A stretch of 61,049 nt of DNA, from IMG/VR virus record IMGVR_UViG_3300043399_000700; one strand, 5' to 3'. The notes beneath the pieces were generated by a model. The model saw nothing but the letters and a program-made list of their open reading frames with translations. It did no database searches and was not told the origin of the DNA. A program made the translations under genes and the position numbers. This stretch comes from a virus. Taxonomy: Duplodnaviria > Heunggongvirae > Uroviricota > Caudoviricetes. The stretch's first letter is position 1. Every line of letters starts with the position of its first letter. Shown piece by piece: positions 56,530 to 61,049 of this stretch.

Positions 56530-58404
56530 ATGGGATTAACTAGAGTTCGCGCCTACCAGGTTTCAGACAGCGACTACAAACAAGCAGTTCGAGTAATTTC
56601 ACGTTCTAATGTTACATTAGCTGGCGGCGCACCCTCACAAGTTGACGGAGTTAATCTTGTACAAAATGATCGAGTACTAGTTGCAGGACAATTAACCGCT
56701 AGTCAAAATGGTATTTACGTTGTCACAACCTTAGGTACAGGCTCAAACGGTACCTGGACTCGCGCAATCGACAGTAATCAAACTGGCGAAATACAAGCAG
56801 GCATGATTGTAATGGTTACGGAGGGTAATCTTTACGACGATACTCAGTGGAAATTGATTACTGATGATCCAATTGTAGTAGGTACTACACCATTGTCATT
56901 TGAACTAAATTCTGCCTATGCATTTAGTACTATCGCTGTTGCCGGTCAAAGCAATATAAAAGCAGATACTGTTGACGATACTTTTAATGTTGCAGCCGGC
57001 AACAATATCATTATTACAACTGACGCAAACACAAGTACGCTAACCATTGCATCATCTTTAACATCTCTAAGTAAAATTACTAACGGTACTAGTAATGTTG
57101 ACGTATCATCGGCAAACGGTAATGTAACCATCGGTGTTAACGGAACCCCAAACGTTGCAATTTTTGGATCTACTGATACCACACTCAGTGGTAATTTATT
57201 ACCAGCAGCAAATGTTACATATAGCCTTGGGTCAACAACGAACCGATGGAAAGATTTGTGGCTTTCGAATTCGACATTGTATTTGGGTGCTGTAGCATTA
57301 TCTGGAAATGCTACATCGTTAACTTATGGAAGCAATGTTGTACTTACTAGTAGTAATTCAACAACAATGTCGTTGTCTGGTAATGTTACTGCTGGAAATA
57401 TTTTAACCGGTGGGTTAGTAAGTGCAACTGGTTCTGTCACTGGTGCAAATATTACTGGTTCGAATCTGTTAACAGGTGGTATTATTTCAGCCGCTGGAAC
57501 AATTACTGGTGCAAATATTACTGGTTCAAACTTATTAACCAATGGTGTTATCTCAGCTGCTGGAACAATTACTGGTGGCAATTTAGGAATCACTGGTACA
57601 ATAAGTGCATCGGGTAATATTACTTGTGCTAATGTAATTGCTATAACACATATTGGTAATCTAAGCGGAACATCAGTAAACGTAAGTAACAACGTCACCG
57701 GTGGTAACTTGTTTACAAGCGGCGAGATCTCCGCCGCCGGACGTATTCAAGGCGCTAATGTTATAGGATCTAATTTTTTAACTACCGGTGCTGTAAGTGC
57801 AACAGGTAATGTAACTGGTAGTTATTTTATTGGTAATGGTAGCCAGTTAACGGGTATTGTTGCTACCGCTGGTACATTAATTGAAAATGGAACTAGTAAT
57901 GTAACTGTAATAAACAATTCTAATATAACTGTTGGCGTAGGCGGAATTAGTAACGTAGCAGTATTCCATTCCACTGGACTTAGAATCGCAAATACACTAA
58001 CAGCATTAAACATTGATAGCACCAATGCTGACTTAGCAGAACGATATTTAGCAGATAATAATTATGCAGTTGGAACGGTATTGGCAATCGGCGGCACCTG
58101 CGAAGTTACACAAAGTAATTCATTCAGTCAAAGTTCGGTGGTTGGCACGGTTTCGGAAGCACCAGCAGTTATAATGAACAAAGATTTACAAGGTAACAAT
58201 GTAGTTACAATTGCTCTAATGGGGCGAGTACCTTGTCGTGTTGTAGGATCGATTGCTCGAGGCGATCTTTTAGTAAGCAGTAATATTCCAGGGGTTGCCA
58301 CACGCATGGAATCTTACGTACCAGGGTCTATCTTAGGTAAAGCACTACAGTCTTATAATAGCGACACGCCCGGTTTAATTGAAATTATTGTCGGTCGGTT
58401 ATAA
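56530..58404 (+). CDS. Fibre protein sharing its N-terminal domain with 47480 and its C-terminal G2-like chaperone with 54301
   Basis: MGLTRVRA...DYKQAVRVI...DGVNL..NDRVLV.GQ...QNGIY; C-terminal ADLAERY...ALMGRVPCRVVG...GKAL. Confidence 0.75.
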   Translation: MGLTRVRAYQVSDSDYKQAVRVISRSNVTLAGGAPSQVDGVNLVQNDRVLVAGQLTASQNGIYVVTTLGTGSNGTWTRAIDSNQTGEIQAGMIVMVTEGNLYDDTQWKLITDDPIVVGTTPLSFELNSAYAFSTIAVAGQSNIKADTVDDTFNVAAGNNIIITTDANTSTLTIASSLTSLSKITNGTSNVDVSSANGNVTIGVNGTPNVAIFGSTDTTLSGNLLPAANVTYSLGSTTNRWKDLWLSNSTLYLGAVALSGNATSLTYGSNVVLTSSNSTTMSLSGNVTAGNILTGGLVSATGSVTGANITGSNLLTGGIISAAGTITGANITGSNLLTNGVISAAGTITGGNLGITGTISASGNITCANVIAITHIGNLSGTSVNVSNNVTGGNLFTSGEISAAGRIQGANVIGSNFLTTGAVSATGNVTGSYFIGNGSQLTGIVATAGTLIENGTSNVTVINNSNITVGVGGISNVAVFHSTGLRIANTLTALNIDSTNADLAERYLADNNYAVGTVLAIGGTCEVTQSNSFSQSSVVGTVSEAPAVIMNKDLQGNNVVTIALMGRVPCRVVGSIARGDLLVSSNIPGVATRMESYVPGSILGKALQSYNSDTPGLIEIIVGRL

Positions 58405-58821
58405 TTTTGAATGTTGCTTTTGTATTATAGTAACTTTTTGTTGAACTTCTTCAAAATTAACAGTTGACCACAATCCTGGATGTAATGGTTTAGGCCAAGT
58501 TGTTGCATCCACCCAGGCATACCCAGAATGTTCATGATTTAAGTCAGGCACAAACTCTTTTTCTACCAAGCAAAAGAAGGTGTGATAACAAAAGTTGTTG
58601 TCGTTGCTAGTAAACTTTTCAATAGGCACAAGTTTAATAACAGTAGGCCAAAATCCTAATTCTTCGGTGCATTCTCTTTCGATAGTTTCTAGTAATGTTT
58701 CTTTAGAACGGCTTTTGCCACCGGGTAATCCCCAGGTACCTGCATTGCGTCGATCGTTGCGCAACAGGTACAGGTAGCGATTTGTTTTAGTACAGTAAAA
58801 CCATACGCCAACTGCGTTCAC
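58399..58821 (-). CDS. Nudix hydrolase
   Basis: Nudix box GGKSRSKETLLETIERECTEELG. Start placed at GTG 58821, overlapping the upstream TGA. Confidence 0.85.
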   Translation of the reverse strand: MNAVGVWFYCTKTNRYLYLLRNDRRNAGTWGLPGGKSRSKETLLETIERECTEELGFWPTVIKLVPIEKFTSNDNNFCYHTFFCLVEKEFVPDLNHEHSGYAWVDATTWPKPLHPGLWSTVNFEEVQQKVTIIQKQHSKL

Positions 58822-60215
58822 AGTACCAAGCTCCAATTGCCTGAACGATAAATTCCTTCGTAACTCTTAAGCCACTCGCCCTCGGCCCAGCGGTATTGAA
58901 TGCCGGTGGTTAAGTTAGTAACATATTGTACGTCTGTGTAGTGTTGCGCATCAAAACTTACATTCCATCGAATACCGTCGTATTCGATAATGTCATTGGC
59001 TTGTGCGTAAAGATAGGTCTCTCCAGTACCGAACCATGCAGCAGCACCTTGGTCACCATCTTCGGCACCGCTGGCATTGTTAATTAACAAATAGCGTTGA
59101 CCTTCTGCTGCCAGCGGCAATCCATTTCCGGGTCCTACTCTTTGCGGATCGATAATAGCATTAACTGGGTCCAGTGTATTACGTGGAAGTGTGTCTGCAT
59201 CTACTGTAAACAATAAAAAGCGATCGTCCATTGGATTATAAGAAACTGTACCAACAATAGTGGTACCATCAAACTCGTTGTCTAAATGTACTTGACTAAT
59301 ACCGTTACGCAATTCACCGTATAGATCGACAACTGTGTGCCATTCTAATAGACTAACTTCGTTTGGTTGAGGAGGATTAGTGTTTAGTGGATTACCTGTG
59401 TCGATGGCATAAGGCTTCATTATTTGTAGTTGATTACCTAGCAATAGCACTTGGTAATTATAAGGTGTAAACTTTTGACGAGTACCCATTAACAAATCGC
59501 TGTTGTAAATTGCATTGTTTAAGTCACCACCTGCATCGTACACACTCATAACAATCTTTTCAACAACTCCGAGTTTCTTGACTTTAGCAGGACTTGTGAT
59601 CCAAATAGGTAGTTCAAATTTTAAACTACAGATGTCGATAGGATCGTCGGTGCCAACCGGGATAGTTCTTGACGACCAAGTAACACCTGTTAGTTCAACT
59701 ACACTTAAACTAGTCCAGTCTAAGAAGTTATCAGTGCTTTGTATTTCCAAAGCAGGGTTAAACAATGTTAAAATTTGTTCTAACAATTGAAACTTTTGAT
59801 TTGTGTTCGAAGTCCAAATGTCGAGTTGAATTTCTAAGGTATAAGGTACTGGCATTAATCTTTCGATAGTAAATGCATTACCTTGAGTAGTTTCGTAACT
59901 CTGTGTTTCTTCGTCCCAAAAACGTTGTCGTACACTGGTCTTGTCAACAAAGTATGGCTCTTGAACACGATCTCGAGCATAGTTCAGGTTAGTAATGTAA
60001 AATGTCATCAATGGTGTTGATGGCAAACTGCTTGCTGAGTTATTTTGTAAAACTGTTTGTGCTTGACGGCTGGCATCGCCGTAACGAATAGGCACACGTA
60101 GTAACGCTAGTGCACCTTCGGCATCGTAGCCGTATTCAACTTGGAAGTTTGTAAAGATACGAGTAAACTGTAGTAAGAATCGGCGTATCTGATCGTCGTA
60201 AAAGAATTGTTGCAT
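58818..60215 (-). CDS. gp15: Tail terminator / sheath stabiliser (gp15-like) with C-terminal extension
   Basis: FFYDDQIRRFLLQFTRIF, VPIRYG, MPVPY.L...LDIWTSN..QK.QLLEQIL..FNP motifs. Confidence 0.8.
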   Translation of the reverse strand: MQQFFYDDQIRRFLLQFTRIFTNFQVEYGYDAEGALALLRVPIRYGDASRQAQTVLQNNSASSLPSTPLMTFYITNLNYARDRVQEPYFVDKTSVRQRFWDEETQSYETTQGNAFTIERLMPVPYTLEIQLDIWTSNTNQKFQLLEQILTLFNPALEIQSTDNFLDWTSLSVVELTGVTWSSRTIPVGTDDPIDICSLKFELPIWITSPAKVKKLGVVEKIVMSVYDAGGDLNNAIYNSDLLMGTRQKFTPYNYQVLLLGNQLQIMKPYAIDTGNPLNTNPPQPNEVSLLEWHTVVDLYGELRNGISQVHLDNEFDGTTIVGTVSYNPMDDRFLLFTVDADTLPRNTLDPVNAIIDPQRVGPGNGLPLAAEGQRYLLINNASGAEDGDQGAAAWFGTGETYLYAQANDIIEYDGIRWNVSFDAQHYTDVQYVTNLTTGIQYRWAEGEWLKSYEGIYRSGNWSLVL

Positions 60216-60218
60216 TGT

Positions 60219-61049
60219 TTAACTCGATGGCTTTCCTGGTGCAACTGGTGGATACGGGTGAGCTGGCTTGTTACCCCCATTGTCGCCATTATCGGCCATT
60301 GGCTTAAGAATCTGGCTAAGGCTTTGACGGCTTGGGATGTTACCCAAATCTGCAGTTGGTGTAGTGTATGTATTGTTAACAAATGTGCTGCGTAAAGTAT
60401 TGTTATTCGATCCTGGTGTGAGATCGCTGCGAACCACATCTTCAATCTTGTTCCAGAAAGCACCGTTCCAACGGAACAATCTGTTTGGCCAATAATCCAA
60501 GCGTAGTGCATAGTCGCCAATTGTTGGATTTGGTGGGAATTGAACTCCTGGTGTGACTGGTAACCCGTTTGGACCAATTCCGTCGCCACTTAGATAACCG
60601 GCGGTGTACCCATCCGAACGTGGAGTAGAAATGCCACTGGTTGTATCGGCATTTGTGTTGGTATAGATTAGTGTATCACTAGCATCATATCCGTAAGGAT
60701 CGCCTGGGCTCCCATCAGGATTAGTTGGAACGATATAAAATTTAACCGCATCGTAACCTGATTTTGGAACTTCGATTTCTGCTTGCATTACAATAGCATC
60801 ATTGAGTTCATAGTCTTTCTTGCGAGTACCTTGAACTTCTTGAATTGTTGGTGGAGTATATTCTTGCCAATAGTCGGTATCGGTAATTGGAGTGCCCACT
60901 GGAACGTCTTGTGTTGCTTGGTAATATTTGTCACCATCAAGTACAATAGTACCTTCGGGATAGTAGTTTCCGTTATCCCAAATATTGTCTTCGGCAAATG
61001 GCTTGTTAAGAATATCGTTGTATTCTTGTGCGCCAACTAGTGGTGTTGC
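60219..61049 (-). CDS. Neck / head-completion protein (gp14-like), 5'-truncated at window edge
   Basis: Frame is open to the edge (ATPLVGAQEYNDILNKP...), so the track's 60899 start is internal; lies directly upstream of the gp15-like gene. Confidence 0.6.
   Translation of the reverse strand, partial: ATPLVGAQEYNDILNKPFAEDNIWDNGNYYPEGTIVLDGDKYYQATQDVPVGTPITDTDYWQEYTPPTIQEVQGTRKKDYELNDAIVMQAEIEVPKSGYDAVKFYIVPTNPDGSPGDPYGYDASDTLIYTNTNADTTSGISTPRSDGYTAGYLSGDGIGPNGLPVTPGVQFPPNPTIGDYALRLDYWPNRLFRWNGAFWNKIEDVVRSDLTPGSNNNTLRSTFVNNTYTTPTADLGNIPSRQSLSQILKPMADNGDNGGNKPAHPYPPVAPGKPSS

Noticed and set aside
46409-58404. Diversity-generating retroelement or invertible fibre cassette
   Set aside because: No reverse transcriptase or invertase in the window, no repeat pair differing only at adenines, and all fibre genes face the same way.
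1-61049. Alternative genetic code
   Set aside because: Core genes are full length under code 11, and TAA, TGA and TAG all serve as stops.

Overview
This window is an internal fragment of a large, AT-rich contractile-tailed phage genome. Its core genes resemble the T4 superfamily but are diverged. Standard genetic code; no integrase, tRNA, CRISPR array or reverse transcriptase was seen. Family names come from recognising motifs by eye; no database search was run. Layout from left to right: (1) minus-strand baseplate block, 1-17435, including a >2060-aa wedge ORF that runs off the left edge and is absent from the ORF track; (2) plus-strand block with late sigma factor gp55, gp47 and gp46, interleaved with accessory modification genes (GT-like, two radical SAM, amidinotransferase, resolvase-like, sulfotransferase-like); (3) a 431-bp structured non-coding gap; (4) minus-strand operon DUF1415-like / ATE_C-like transferase / second amidinotransferase / Dabb-like, coupled behind a gp26-like gene with a likely -1 frameshift; (5) two tandem tape-measure paralogues carrying different cell-wall hydrolases; (6) portal, core, protease, scaffold and major capsid; (7) a homing endonuclease and a glycosyltransferase-rich patch; (8) four mosaic repeat-rich fibre genes; (9) minus-strand Nudix, gp15-like and edge-truncated gp14-like genes. 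Strongest leads: the aa-tRNA-transferase/amidinotransferase operon, the twin tape measures with a G/GT-type frameshifted chaperone, the structured non-coding element, leaderless promoters, and possible virion glycosylation.
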